Origin: Bigelowiella natans CCMP2755
Lineage: Eukaryota > Protista > Cercozoa
Direction: 5' to 3'
NCBI GenBank assembly: GCA_000320545.1
Contig: ADNK01000914.1
Location: 1,443 to 65,442 of the forward strand
Length of the DNA stretch: 64,000 bases
Position 1 is the first letter of the stretch. Every line of letters starts with the position of its first letter. The translations under genes were made by a program, and so were the position numbers. Positions 26,238 through 45,627 of the stretch are shown piece by piece. Under the pieces are notes generated by a model. It had not been told where the DNA came from. It searched no databases and worked only from the letters and a program-made list of their open reading frames with translations.

Positions 26238-29200
26238 ATGGAGGAGGCTGGGAAAACCAGCGGGGAGGAGCGCGGGGGACGTAGCAAAGGTGATGCGAAG
26301 TCCCTGTCTAAATCATCGCTTTCCTCCAGCACCTATAAGATGCAGATTAACACCTGCGAAGCGGCCTCGAATCCATACCTAGAGATCTCCCCAAGCTTTG
26401 CGCTTTTCAAGGATGTGAAGCCTTCTGACCAGCTGTCCACGGTCATTCGTTTGCGCAATAAAACCTTGCGCATGTTGCGGATACGCATAATTCCGCCCCC
26501 CTTCGCGTCGGTGTTTGAGGTAACGCCGAAAGATGCCTATATGATGCTGGGGGCAGGTCTAAAAGGTACTTTAAGGGGTGAAATTTAAGGGGCGAGCTGG
26601 ACGGTCCTATTCCTCTTTATCAAGGAAAAAGGCATCTGAGAGCGGACAGAATGCGGCTTCATCTTCTACCTCTTCAACACAAAATGGAAGCCTAATAAAG
26701 TCGAACCACTCGCAGATTTTGCTGAAGCTCAAAGGCATTGAGATTCCAATCAATCTGCAAGCTCATCCCCCGATGCCAGAGCTAGGTGTCCCGAAGAATT
26801 TGAGCTTCAAGAACGTGATTCTTGATGAAGAAGCTCACAAAACTTTCACGATTAGAAACACAGGAATGGAGCCTGGAACTCTCAAGCTGTCCTGCGATTC
26901 TGATTTAGTATCCTTGACACCGAAGACTGTCGAGGTCAAAGCGAAGGGGCAGGTTGAGGCCAAGCTCATCCTCAGCTCAATGAAGGAAGGAATGTTCCGA
27001 GCTGTCGTGAATGTCGGGTTTGAGGGGCAGAGCAAAGAGGGAATTGATCTGTCATGGAGTGTCAGTATTCCCAGATTTGAGATCCTCCTGGACGGTGAAA
27101 GCCTTCCCCTTAAACATCTTGACTTTGGGACGCTGTACTATGGCCAGGAGACAGCTATGAAAGTGCGCGTCATCAACATGTCAAACCAGTATTGTACATT
27201 TAGCTCTGACGTCGAGGAAAAATCAGCAGAGAATACCACCTCGGATACAATCGATACGAAGAAAATGGAGTCCAAAGTGAGGAAAAAGCCTGAAATCTGG
27301 ATCAGTCCTTCCCAAAGTAGTATAGCCCCTAATAGCTTTACAGTTCTGACGTGCTATTTCAAGCCCGCCGAAGAAGCTGAGTCAATGGGCTTCAAGCACA
27401 ATGTGAACATGGTGCGAGAGGCGCAGATCTTCGAGAAGACATTTCGCTTCACGAGTGAAAACCTGAATTTGGAGAAGACGATCTCGGTCGCGGCGCGCGC
27501 ATGTTTACCCGACGTGAAAATTTCACGGGATTATCTGGACTTCGGAGAATGCCCTGTCAATAGCCAGCAGGCCATCTGTACCTCGATCCAGAACCGCTCC
27601 GTCGACTTGCCCTTATCCTTCGCGTTCGGAAAAGTCGCTCATTTCCGCGTGAAACCCAAGAGCGGCACTCTGCGCCCCTTGCAATCCCTGCAAATTGAGG
27701 TGCTTTTCAAGCCTAATAACATGGGGAAATTCCGACACCAGCTGCCGCTTACTCTCGCGAAGGGACTCAGAGGTATGCAGCTCACGCTCGTAGGAGAGTC
27801 CGAGTTTGCTGCTCCTAAAGCAACGATGGTCGGTGGCTTAGGACGCACTAAGAAGGACTTCAAACGCGAGACCCATCATGTGGACCCTGATGTCCCTGTA
27901 CGTCTTGGTAAGAAGAAATTCTCCCGGAAGACAGGCATACAGCGCGAGGATATGCAAGAAACACTAAGGGAGATTGAGCTACGCCCGGACGGCCTTCCTC
28001 GGTTTATGGGCTACAAGGAAAGCATAGGAAAGCAGGAACACGAGTACACGTACACGCTCACCGAGTTCCAGACCCGCGAGAAGAACAAGCACAAGTACAA
28101 CAAATACCTTAAGGAGAAGCGGAAGGACCGCGCCGAGAAGCGCAAGCATTCGCGGACCGTGAATCTCAACGTTGGCCCTTACGCGCGAACCTCCACGATG
28201 AGAAAAAGGTACTTCACGGAGACAAAAAGGCGAAACCACGGTCTGAAGCCGACCGCGAAGGAAGAAGACATGGGGATGGAATTCGCTGAGGGACTGGCCG
28301 AGCCTTTAATTGCACTGCCAGAACCAGAGGGCAAGCTCGTGCTCCCAGTCGCAGGCCTTAGCTCCAAGGTAGGTCAAACTGGAGGCCCAGGTAAACGTTT
28401 CAAGCCAAAGCCGACAACGCAGGCGGAGTCTCGGGATTGTGAGATGAAGCTCTCACAAGACGAGTTGTTTGCGATCGAAACGGCTCCGCGTGTAGTCAGG
28501 ATGGGCTCGGTGTACTGCGGGGTTGAAGCGAAAAACTACTTCCGCGTCAGTAACGGCGTATCGCACTCTATCTTCGTAGAGATCAAGTTCGACGCCCCAG
28601 AGCTTGCACGTTCTGCCCCAGCATCACAGATGATCCCACCGGGAGAGACGGCGAGCTTCACCGTGTCATTTAAGTCGCTCGAAGTCTGCAACTTCAAACA
28701 CGTTGTTTACTTCACCATAAATGGGTATTTGACCTTCAACTTCCTCGTGACGGCAGAGGTGGTGCCTCTTTTGATAAACACACGGAGAAATGTCGAGTTT
28801 GAGTTTTCCTCTGCCAACTCAGATTTCTTCGTGGTCAAAGAATTGCCTCTGCGCAATCCAACCCCGATCAAAACTGAATTCTGGTTTACCCTCGACTCAG
28901 AAGTTTTCTCGATTGCGCCAATGAAGGGCACTATCGAGTCGAATGATACTCGTAACGTCAAAGTGACGTTTTTCCCTAAGTTCGCCTTGGCCAGATGCAA
29001 GCACGTAGCAACGCTATTCGTCAAAAATGGCGTCAAGACCGTCATTAACCTCATAGGCTCGCTTCCGGAGGCCTCGTGCGTGCTGACACCAAAGCTTGTT
29101 GACTTTGGCTTCATTTGCGTTGGCAGTTCAGCTGAGGAGGTTGTCCATATTAAGAACCAAGGCGGCAGCACAACGGTCTACAAGGTTGATGCGCTCCCAT

Positions 29201-32200
29201 TAGGGCTTCGGATAAACCCCAATGTCGGAGTGCTGCCTCCCGGAGATAACTTTCCTCTCAAGCTTGCTCTCGAACCCAAAACAGCCTCGGAGCTCGACAC
29301 CTCGGTGATGCTGCATCTCCGAGGGGCCTCCGAAAACGCAAAGCCTTTCCTCTTCCGCGTCAAGGCCAAGATGATCATCCCCGACCTTCGCGTCGTTGAG
29401 AATGAGTTTAACTTTGACTCGGTGGAGCTTGGGAAGAAATCGGTGGTACCAGTAACGTTAGAGAACAGCTCCGAAGTGCCAGTCTCCGTCATTCTGAACC
29501 TTGCCGACCACAAGATGTTTTCGCTCGTCTTTCCGCCAGAGTGGGCCGACCTATCACCCTCCCCCGCCGCTCTCATGCAAGAGGATGAGATAAACGCCTT
29601 AATGGAACGAGAAGGGATGGAACGAAAGAAGAAAAGGGGGGACGCGGACGCGGCAAGCCTGGACAGAAATATGTACAAACTACGTCTCGACAGGAAGTCT
29701 CGTATGCGCGTCTTGCTGCAATTTAAACCGAGAAAGATTAGCACTTATATGTTTGAGCTGCCGATGTCGATCGTGGGGATTCCTAGCTACCCATCCTTGC
29801 GACGCGCAGTGTCGGCGAAAGTGCTGAATTCGCGGATTAAGTTTTCCCCTACAGTCCTCGAATTTAAGGATCGCATCGTCCTCGAGAGGAAGGGCGCACA
29901 ACCCTACATGAAGGAGGTTCTTCTTAAGAATCAAGAGTCAAAATCGGTGCGGTGGAAAATCTACATAGGAGCAGATTTTGATGGACTCGAAGAGGAGAAG
30001 GACCGCAGTGTGAAGATGCTCGCAAACCTGCACAAATCATGCTTCCACAATCGCGGTATAGCTCTTTCATCGAGGAAAGACCTGGATGCAGCAGAAGCCA
30101 AGCATGCTGGAGAGAATCCTGTTGTGGACAATCCAAAAGAGGAGTTTGCGAAGAGGGGGTTTGAGAAGGGCGTATGGGGACACGACGGCGACGTGATCTA
30201 TAAGGTTAATATTTGTGAGGGCGTTCTCGAGCCGAATGAAGAACAAAAAGTGATCGTTTTCTTCACCCCGTTTGAGGCCATGACCTACAATACCAACATC
30301 CAAGTAGTTCTGAACGATGAAATCACCCCCTACATCGACATCGAGCTCACAGGAAGAGGGTCCTTCCCGGCGCTGCTCTTCAGTCGCGACGAGATCCGAC
30401 TCCCTGTGGTGCCTGTCGGCTTCTCATCGGATTCTACATTCGACATCCTCAACAAGGGTTACAAGAGCCTCGATATCCGCTATCAGCTGCCAGAAGACTC
30501 TAACCGCATTCCGCTGCATGTGATCTTCCCTCAGGGAAGCACAGTCACCAAGACGCGCGACACCTGCAGAACGCGTATATCCTTCTCCAATTCCGCGCCT
30601 ATGAGCTTCACCGCCAACGTGAACTTCAAAGACGGCGGCGGGAATGCTTTCAAGCTCCGCGTGGTCGGAACAGCGGACAATTGCCTTCTCACCAATCAGG
30701 CGTATTTGGAGAAGAATAAGCATAAGGTCGCTGTGGAGCAACATGGCGCGACAGAGCCCATTAAGGTCTATGAGAAAGAGAAACTGAAACTGGCCGCAAG
30801 CGGAGATGGTGATGACGTCTTGAGCCCTGGCCGAGGAGATAAGGTAGAGCATCAAGCAGACGACGAGAAGTCGAAAGCACACGCCGACGGCTGGCATCAG
30901 GGCTCCCACAACCAGAGAAGTGCGTCGTTTGCGATGCGGTTTATGTATGCGATCACTCGCAACCCCATATTTGTCACAAATCAAACCGTGAACTTCGCCA
31001 CATACTTGGCCGAGTCCGGTAACGGGATCTTCAAGTGTGTGAACTCGCTCTCCGGCAAACGTGTATTTCCGAAGGACTCAGAAAACGGCGGCAACGGCTC
31101 CAAGGTTGGCGGGTCTTCGGGCGAGGCGTCGAGCCGTTTGGAGAAATTCAAGGGCTTCCTCAACTTCCTGCGTTCGTATGGCGGCATGGTCGACTCTGTA
31201 AAAGCCGAGCATCTCCTGACGAAAAAGTTCTACGGGCGCATTCTTAAGCACCCCACCTACGTCAAGGAGATCCTTGGTGGGGACACGAAAACGAGGCGTG
31301 AGCTGCAGCTTTTAGTCCGTTCGAAGGAGAAAGATTTCGATGAGAAGGCGTGCGAGGCGTGGCTTACTGTGCTATACCAGATCATGAAGATCTTCATCTT
31401 GTACCGCGTCACCCCTAAGTCCTTCAAGGCCCTGCCCGGAATACCGCCCGAGAAAACGGAGATGGCGCAATGGATGTCGAAGAGCAACGTATACACAGTG
31501 TCGGAGAACATTCTCTTGCGGTGGCTCAACTTCCATCATAGCAAGCTGCACCCGCACGATGCTAAGGAGTTCTTGGTGCGGTTTGACAAAGATCTGTGCG
31601 ACGGAAGAGTTCTCAGCGACGTGTTGCGGTCTCACGTGCAGAGCCTAGATAGCGGACTCGACCTTGACCCAAATCCAAAGACGGATGAGGCGAAGCTCAA
31701 CAACATCAAACTGCTCATTGAGACTTTCAAGTACTGCGGGCTCTCCATCGAGCTTATGCTTTCGGATTTCCAGAAGCCAATCGCGCGCGATCTGATGTTG
31801 CTGACCCTGTACCTCTACCTGAACCTGCCGAGCTACATGCCGAAGGCTGTCGTGACGTTCGCGTGCAAGTTGGGAGAGTCGACAAAGAAGACGATCGAGC
31901 TCTCCAACCCCTCCAGGAAAGAGATCAAGTACCACGCTCGCATCGACGGTTCCAAGGACTTCCAGCTGCAGAATACTGTCGTACCGCTTGCCCCGAAAGG
32001 AAAGCGCGGCTCAACCCTGGCCTTCCCCATCGAGTTCGTTTCACGATTCTCGCAACCCTCGCGCGCCACTCTCACTCTCACAAGCGAGGGCAAGGCCTGC
32101 ACCAAGGTGGCGACCATGGTGTTTTCTCTGCGTTCGCAGATCACGGCACGACAGCCCATGAAGATTCACGAAATCGAAGCTCGAGTCTACGAGCAAAAAA

Positions 32201-35200
32201 CCATCACAGTGTCTATCAAGAACCCCTTCCCAAATCGATGCAGTTTGCTACTCTCGTTGGAGCAAACTTATGAGGTTGAGCGACCAGAGCTAATAGGCAC
32301 TGAGATGAAGTCAAAGGGCGGCGCGGGAGGGGCGAAGGGGAAGAAGAAGAAGAAGAGGCGGAACAAGGACAAGAAGCGCCACCCACCCGGCGCCACGCTA
32401 GAGATGCGGAAGATCAAACATTATGATGACCATGACTCTGCAAACCAGGTAACAAAACTAAGTAGAGAGTGGTGGGGGGAGAGGGGTAGTAGCACTTAGT
32501 ATCTTGCAGAATTTATAACATGAAGCCACTAAATTGTGAGATTGGGTGATTTTGAAGAGTTCGACATCTTGTTGTATCCTTTCCCTACTTTTTACCGTGC
32601 ACGCTGAGTCAGCTGTTTTCCCGCTGACTCGTTTCCCTTCTCTTCCTTCTTCCAGTTTGTATTCTGGGCCAACAAGGATAAGCTTAGGATGGAGGTTGGT
32701 GAGTCGTTTGATGTTGAGGTGTCATTTCTGCCCTTCACCAAGGGCAGCTACGCGTGCGAGCTGATCTTATTCGACAAGGAAAACGGCGAGTTCATGTATC
32801 TCATCAAAGGGCGTGCGGAGGACGCCATGGGGCATATCGATATTAAGGAGAGCGGCTTCTACGACCCCGAGAGGGATACAGTAACGACAGAGGTGAAGCT
32901 GGAGCATGACAACAAGGCGCTCATCCAAGCGAAGAGGGACTGTGTGGGTGCGATGGAATCGATTCCGAAGCGATTTCTCGTGGGTGAAGATGCGAGGAAC
33001 AAGAGGAAGTGGGCCTCTGACCAATCCTGCAATTGGGGAGAAGATGAGGTTGTTTGTCGACGACTATGGTGCTTGCTTGCCGCATGCGTATAGCCAAATG
33101 ATTTAGCTTGAGTAGGGGAGGGGGGTGAAGGAAGATGGGAGTTTTCTTGATACCGAGAATAAATACAATATGCTAAAACGCTTCTATCTGTGTTACTCTT
33201 TCTTCTTCTCCTCTCTCTAGGTGATCTACCGAGTGGAAAATGAGTCGCCATATTTCATCCTCCCTATCGAAGTAAAGCTAAACCCCAAAGACCCCACGCC
33301 CATCAGTATTCAGCTGCTTCCTCGGCAACCTGGCGTTTACCGAGAGACTGTTAATTTAGTCTCCAACAAAGATATTCGCGTCTTAAATCTCGAGTATGTG
33401 AAACGAAACCACTGCTATCACCCACCACCCCTCGTCATCGCCGTCACCATAGTCGTCATTGTTAAAGTTTTTGAGCCGCTGATTATCCTTGCAGGTATAA
33501 GCTGAAGGAGAAGTTTGCAACACCGACGCTGGAGTTCGAGGTGGCGGCCGGTAAGGCGTTGACGCAGTCGATCCCCATCATTAACAACACCGACACCCCG
33601 TGGCACATCAAGGCAACTCTCGATGCCAAAAATTTCAAAGGGGCGGATACGATGCAGGTCGGTCCAAAGTCCAAGGGCGAATACGTGCTTAAGTTCTCCC
33701 CAGAATGGGTAGCCGAGGTCAAGGGTGAGCTGCAGCTCGTCATCCAGAAGGGAGCGGGGCGTGAGAGCGACACGAGAACGTACAACCTTCTCGGTATTGG
33801 CAAGGAACCGGTGGCTGAGTCCAAGGTCGTGCTGCGGTGTGCGGCAAGATCCCCAGTGCAGCACACCTTCGAGGTCCACAACCCAACGAATTCTATGATC
33901 GAATTCCGCGTCGAGAGCGACCTGCCAAACATCTCCGGCGAGTCGCACCTGGCTGTCAAGCCTGGGAAGACCGGCAAATACAGCCTCACGATTAAGCCAA
34001 ACATGTCCGGGTTCGTAAAAGGCTCGATTACGTTCGTGGCTCCGGATGGTCGTTTTGTCTGGTACGTCGTGGAGCTTACTGTAGACTCTCCCGACTTTGA
34101 GGCGGAGCTTGACATCAACGCAATGCTACGCCGCGCAGCGCAGATTGAGATCGCTGTTGCAAACCCCCTCGCGCAGGAAATCACGTTCGAGGTGGAGCTG
34201 GAGGGCGTGGGACTCTATGGGGAACCTTTCCTCAAGCTGGCTGCACACGAACAGAAGGAGTATCCTTTCGTCTTTGCGCCGCTGGTCTCAGGAACCTCCG
34301 AGGGTGCCGTGCGCTTCTTCAACTCCAAAATTGGAGAATTCTGGTATAAGCTCAAGCTCACGGGCGTGAGGCCAGAGCCCAACGTGTTGCCTGAGTTCAA
34401 GTGCCCGATTGGTAAGAAGCAGCACCAGACCGTCACCATCGAAAACCCGACCGATGAGGACATCTACCTCAACATGCACAGCTCGGACCCGAAACACTTT
34501 GGTGTCGAGAGCGGCGGAGAAGATCTGCTGCTGGTGCCCGCCATGCAAAGTAAGCAGTTCCAGGTATGGCACACTGCTTCATCCATCGGAGAGCGTGTGA
34601 GCGGCGACGTGATTCTGTCCAACGAGGAGATCGGGGAGTGGCATTACAAGTGTAGCGGGATGGGAATCACGCCCGAGTTCATGGACACCATTAGGATCCA
34701 AGCTCCTGTGAATACGCACGAGACGCGCATCGTAACCTTTGTCAACCCCTTCTCCCAGCCCTTCCACGCGGTTCTGTCCCTCGCTGAGAAGACTCAGAAG
34801 AACAGGGCAGTTGCGGGAACTAAAAATGGGCGTCCACGTGGCTTTAACCTGTTCTTGAAGAAACCTAAACACACCATTCGTGCCAAGGGATCGCTGGGAA
34901 TCCCCATATGCTTTTCGCCGAGCGAAATGGGCAATTACTCGGCCGAGCTGATAGTCAACGGGGGTAACGACCTCGTGTTTAAGTATCCTCTCCTCGGAAT
35001 TACTCAGGGCCCTGTTAGCTCCAAGATCATCGAGGTGAAGTGCCAGGCGCGCAAGGTAGCAACCAAGGTGGTCACCTTCGATCTCATCGGCCTGCGATTT
35101 AGCGATGAGAAGACTGACGAGAAGTTCTCCCTGGAGCTCGCTCTCAGCCCTGAAGAGGGCAAGGATTCTTGGAAGAAGGAGCTCGTAGAAAGATGCACTA

Positions 35201-35856
35201 GCGTAGAACTGCCTGCGAAGGTCCTGAAATGTCCCGACAACAAGCTGCAGGTGAAGATCATCTTTGAGCCGCTGCGGACGGTGCGCGCAGCGTGCGACTT
35301 GATGGTTCACAAAAAGAGCGGCGGGTGCTGGAAGTTCAAGCTGAACTTCGTTGCGACCGATCCTGACTTTGACGACACGATACAGATCGAGGGCAAGCTC
35401 GGCGTGAAGACTTCCGTGGCGTTTGGTCTGAACAACATGTTAGATGCGCGACGGACGAAATTTTCCGCATTCTTCACGTACAATTCTGCCGAGGAATTCA
35501 GCGTGAAGCCAAAGACAGGCGTGCTTATGCCAGAAGGAGAAGATCCGACTAAATTCGTCATAGGATTCACACCGAGGGAATATGGAAAGTCTTTTGCAGG
35601 GACCCTCATTATCAGGACAGATTTGATGCAGTGGACGTATCTCATCAAGGGCACACCACCGCGCTACGTACGTCCGGTTGCATCATCGACAATCCGAGGA
35701 TTTTTTGACGGAGCGGGGGTAGGAGGAACGATACAGCGCAAGACTTCCATCACGCGCACGAAGAGAAACGTTGTGAGGGAAAACATACGGGCTGTAAAGG
35801 GCTCTCCACATTATCAGGGCCGAAATGCGCGCTTAAGACATCCTAATTTTGAGTAA
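26238..35856 (+). CDS. CFAP47: Cilia- and flagella-associated protein 47 (multiple ASH/MSP Ig-like domains + CH domain), ~3,045 aa
   Basis: Repeated ASH-like units (LDFGTLYYGQ...N, LDFGECPVN...N, VDFGFICVG...N, FNFDSVELG...N) and a CH domain SNVYTVSENILLRWLNFHH...FDKDLCDGRVLSDVLRSHV. C-terminal FTPREYGKSFAGTLIIRTDLMQWTYLIKG. Three introns (32449-32655, 33049-33220, 33394-33494) join in frame. Apparent 1-nt frameshift at ~26575. Confidence 0.88.
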
Positions 35857-36174
35857 TAAATGAAAATGCTCATGCATGCTGCCTGCATAGCAAACCAGTT
35901 TTTGAAGTAACAAATGGCATCGTACACAAACAACTCGATGGCATCTCGCAGCCAGGCACACAAGCTAGCAAGCTTATCAAAACTCACATAGAACACCTAG
36001 ATCATGTTTGTAGAACACATCAGCTAAATGAATGTCGTGATGAGATCGACACACGCATCGCACGCACGCACGCACGCACCTGTTGGATGAGCGTAATGAA
36101 CGCTGCTATGTATGAGACGGATGTAATGAAATGTTTAAATTTTTTCAATGGTCATCCTAATGTAGCTATGCAAT

Positions 36175-36337
36175 GCAGCGGCTACAGCGCTTAAGTTGTA
36201 TCTGTTGGTATGTATACGTACATATTTGTGCAATGCATGATTGTGCTCTAATGTCAGCTAGTGCTAGAGTGCGTGTCACACATATTATACATCTAGACGT
36301 GCTAACACGGATTCAACACCAGGTTAGCGCTGTAGCA
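36175..36337. repeat. Short element with 11-bp inverted repeat; left end also found at 45352-45385
   Basis: gctacagcgct (36181) and its reverse complement agcgctgtagc (~36326). cggctacagcgctta(a/t)gttgtatc is shared with ~45357. Confidence 0.5.
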
Positions 36338-36354
36338 TAAGCCGTTCTAGCGTT

Positions 36355-36433
36355 GCATTGCACAGCTAAGTGAGGATAACCATTGAACAGCATTTAATTG
36401 ATTAATTATTACGTATGCGTGTTACATGCTAGC
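36355..36433 (+). repeat. Dispersed repeat copy 1 (~80 bp), homologous to 48883-48960
   Basis: gcattgcacagctaagtgaggataaccattgaacagcatttaattgattaatta vs gcattgcatagctacatgaggatgaccattgaacagatttaatttgattgatca. Confidence 0.8.
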
Positions 36434-37063
36434 ATATGAGCCTCAATAATCTCAACTATGCCATGTGATGCTGTGCTATTAATTATGGCGTACGCGTTGC
36501 ATCTGTTTCGTGAAAAAAGTGTAGGTAGTCTGCGCACCCGCCTGAACATATTTCATGCTAGATGACTTTCTCGCGCAGCAGCGCAATCTGAAGCATGCTT
36601 GCATACAGCAACTAATCATAGATGTAGTTGTTGCCACTAGGCTAAACCGTGTGATTTGCGAAAGTCAACACATGCAAACATCTGATGTGCGTGCTATATA
36701 GGATTTTTTTATTAGGGTCATTTTAAATTGCATACACAGGGCGCTTGCACCTGCTTACACATGTATGTTGTATGAGTACATCAAAAATGTTGCTGTTTTG
36801 GATCACGATTATTGAGCATACGTTTAAAACTCAACTCATCTCACCCGAAGAATCAACTAGCGAGATCACGCAGTTGAAAGCTACATCCGACGTTGCATGC
36901 GAACTCATGTGTAGGAGTAAGCAACGCTTCTGTGTGCCGAAAGGATAGCAAATCATCGGCGCTTAGATATATCTGGTTGGAAACGGGGAGGAGGCGGGGC
37001 GTGCTCCCCACTTCCCTATTGACCGAATGATATTTCTCCGAAAAGCGGATGCAATTCATTCAT

Positions 37064-43052
<5,989 letters not shown>

Positions 43053-43345
43053 GGTGTTCTCTTCTTTTGTGTACCTTCGTGTGGGACGAATGGCTTGGAA
43101 TTTCTCTTGAAATAGTCTTTATTTCTTCCCTGCGACATCCTTTTACCATGCACTTCTCTAGTTCTTTGCGACAAAGAAATGCATGTTTCTCCTCAATGTT
43201 CTTGTTTGTTAATTCAAGTCGTAGATCTAGATTGCCCTTGAATTCCGTGGTTTGCGAGGAGAATGGGCAATCCTACACTCGAAGTGAAACTGATGCATCC
43301 ACGCTTGCTTGCGTGCATTTGTTAGATCTAGTTTCCCTCGTAGCA
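43053..43345. promoter_or_regulatory. Putative bidirectional promoter
   Basis: Only 293 bp separate the divergent ATGs of katG (43052) and the RIIa/EF-hand gene (43346). No specific motif identified. Confidence 0.45.
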
Positions 43346-44344
43346 ATGGATAGGGTCTACTCCGCAGAGCAGATAACAGTGCCGCCGTCCCTGCCGGGCA
43401 TCCTGAAGGGGTTCACGAAGGAGGTGATCCGGCACCAGCCCCAGGATATCTTGGATTTTGGAGCCGGGTACTTCGCGGCAGCAAAGAAGGGCAGTCTCGA
43501 AGACTTCCTGAAGGGATGGGGGAGTCGGGAGGTCAAGAAGGCTCCTGAAACAAAGGGCCAAGGATCAGGTCTCACCACGGGCCAAGGATCAGGCCTCACC
43601 GCTGCTGAAGAAAAGCAGATACTCGAGCTTTTCTCGAAGATTGACCTAGAAAATCGTGGTGTGGTCTTAGCTAAGGATCTTTCTCGCTTTGATAAAAATG
43701 GGAAGCTTTTCGCCAAGCTTGATACCTCAAAAGACGGCGAAGTGAGTGAAGAAGAATACCTAGCATTTTTCAAGGGCTTGAAAGCAAAAAATGCAAAAGC
43801 AATCGAGGGATACCTCGCGTACGCTGAGAAAACTTTGCTTAAATTGACCGTTGGCGAGGAGGAAGACATCCTGGACTTGTTTTCCAAGGTAGACACGGAT
43901 GGAAACGGGGTGCTTGATAAAATAGAACTTTATCGATTCGACAAGAATGGGAAGTTGTTTGCGAAGTTGGACACCTCAAAAGACGGGAAAATCGACAAAG
44001 CAGAGTACCTCAAATTTTTCCAAGGGCTGAAGCTGAAGAACCCAAAAGCACTTTGGGGATATTTGAGGTATGCTCAAGGATGTCTCAAGAAGCTAACATT
44101 AGATGAAGAGAAGGAGATAAAATCCGTTTTCGATACAATTGATGTGGACAAAAGCGGTGAGATCGAAGAAAAGGAACTCGCTAAGCTTGACAAAAATGGG
44201 AAACTCTTCGCACGCCTTGACACGTCCAAAGACGGGAAGGTGAGCATCACAGAATATTTGAATTTCTTCAAAAAGATGAAAGTTGACAACCCGAGAGCTG
44301 TATATGGATATATCAAGTATGCTAAAGGTGTATTGAAGATGTGA
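43346..44344 (+). CDS. RIIa (ropporin/radial-spoke-type docking) domain + three 83-aa EF-hand-pair repeats, 332 aa, intronless
   Basis: MDRVYSAEQITVPPSLPGILKGFTKEVIRHQPQDILDFGAGYF matches the RIIa D/D motif. EF loops DTSKDGEVSEEE, DTDGNGVLDKIE, DTSKDGKIDKAE, DVDKSGEIEEKE and DTSKDGKVSITE. The true start is ATG 43346, not the track's 43067. Confidence 0.85.
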   Translation: MDRVYSAEQITVPPSLPGILKGFTKEVIRHQPQDILDFGAGYFAAAKKGSLEDFLKGWGSREVKKAPETKGQGSGLTTGQGSGLTAAEEKQILELFSKIDLENRGVVLAKDLSRFDKNGKLFAKLDTSKDGEVSEEEYLAFFKGLKAKNAKAIEGYLAYAEKTLLKLTVGEEEDILDLFSKVDTDGNGVLDKIELYRFDKNGKLFAKLDTSKDGKIDKAEYLKFFQGLKLKNPKALWGYLRYAQGCLKKLTLDEEKEIKSVFDTIDVDKSGEIEEKELAKLDKNGKLFARLDTSKDGKVSITEYLNFFKKMKVDNPRAVYGYIKYAKGVLKM

Positions 44345-44399
44345 ATTAGAGAGCAGATAAAACTATGACCGTGTGGCAGCTGCTAAATGAATTTTGCAA

Positions 44400-45250
44400 T
44401 GTACATGTAGCAAACAAATTATTAAATGGACAAGATTTTTTGCTAGCGACACGATAGTACACATGTCTAGTTGTACAATTCGATTAGATGATGATGAGTT
44501 TCTAGATTTGTGTGTGGCCGCGCGCTTTCACATGCATGTAGTAGCGTTGTGTTTAGCTTTGTAGAGTAGCATGCGCCCGGCACGGTTCGGTTAAATAGAT
44601 CCATCTGCTGAGAGTGTCTCTACAAAACAGTGAATGAAAGTCGTTGCACATCCATGCAGTCGGATCGCTGGTGTCATTTATTGCACATATACGCATGCAG
44701 CATCTCCGCACGCGCTATACGCACTGACATGTCATGTCCTACTCATACACCAAACACAAAATAATGTGATCCACGCTAGCATGCACGGAGATCTCTAGAT
44801 CTAGACATACGTCCCAATGTGATGGGGGTAATGCGACAATGCTAGCTAAGCATTGCTTCTGTCTTGATCTTGACCTCCCCCCCCCCCCCCCCCCCCCTCT
44901 CTCTCTCTCCCTCCTGCCCCCTTTGTTTACAGGCCGGTGCTGGATCAACTCCTGATATTAGCTGAGTTTGTAAGTAACAGGAGAAGACCCTCTTCCCCCA
45001 TCAATGCCATCACTTTGTATCACAAACGAACATTATCAGGCAGCACACAACTGCGTGTACGTACTGCGCGACATCGACATAAGAATATATATATTCTTTT
45101 AAATGCATAATGATCGAGGCACATAATTAATACGAAGTACAGAGTCGTGCATAGCTGCACATCTAGATATGCTAGGTTGTGTTTTTGCCGTACGTGTGTA
45201 TCTGTAATGACAATATCGCATATAGGTAAAATCATGATCACAAGTAATAA
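44400..45250. other. Partially TpA-depleted, CTAG/CATG-rich intergenic block
   Basis: Motifs such as atctctagatctagac, gctagc and catgcatg. Lies between convergent genes; the signal is weaker than at 15.5 kb. Confidence 0.45.
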
Positions 45251-45627
45251 TATAGATGCTATAAAACAATACGTAGGAATATTGTCACTGATGTAATTAT
45301 GTAATTAGATCTTTACTTCAATAATCATGTGTAGGGTTCTATATATTCAGCGCAACGGCTACAGCGCTTATGTTGTATCAGTTTGTTCATGCTATTATGT
45401 GTAGTCATGTATTTTATAATTTATGATCATATTTAAAAGCATTGATATCATATCGCCGTTGTCACGCAAGTAATAACATACTGTCTATAACAATTACCAT
45501 ATACATAGAAATTGTCGGACGATCATGTCGCAGCGCCTTACGCGCATTATTAGTAATATTATTCACAGTCCATCTCATGTTCAGTTTTTTTTTTAGATGA
45601 GAAAATGATTGTACCTAGTTCTTTCAG

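Larger units (their letters stand above)
35860..36950. other. Partially TpA-depleted intergenic block with dispersed repeat fragments
   Basis: Rich in CATG/TGCA/CTAG. Contains fragments shared with 45352-45385 and 48883-48960. Lies between convergent CFAP47 and catalase-peroxidase. Confidence 0.55.

Noticed and set aside
26835-35654. Many minus-strand ORFs of up to 243 aa
   Set aside because: They are antisense shadows of the GC3-rich CFAP47 coding sequence.
43067-43345. N-terminal extension of the 425-aa ORF
   Set aside because: Non-ATG start, T-rich promoter-like sequence, and the RIIa domain begins right after ATG 43346.
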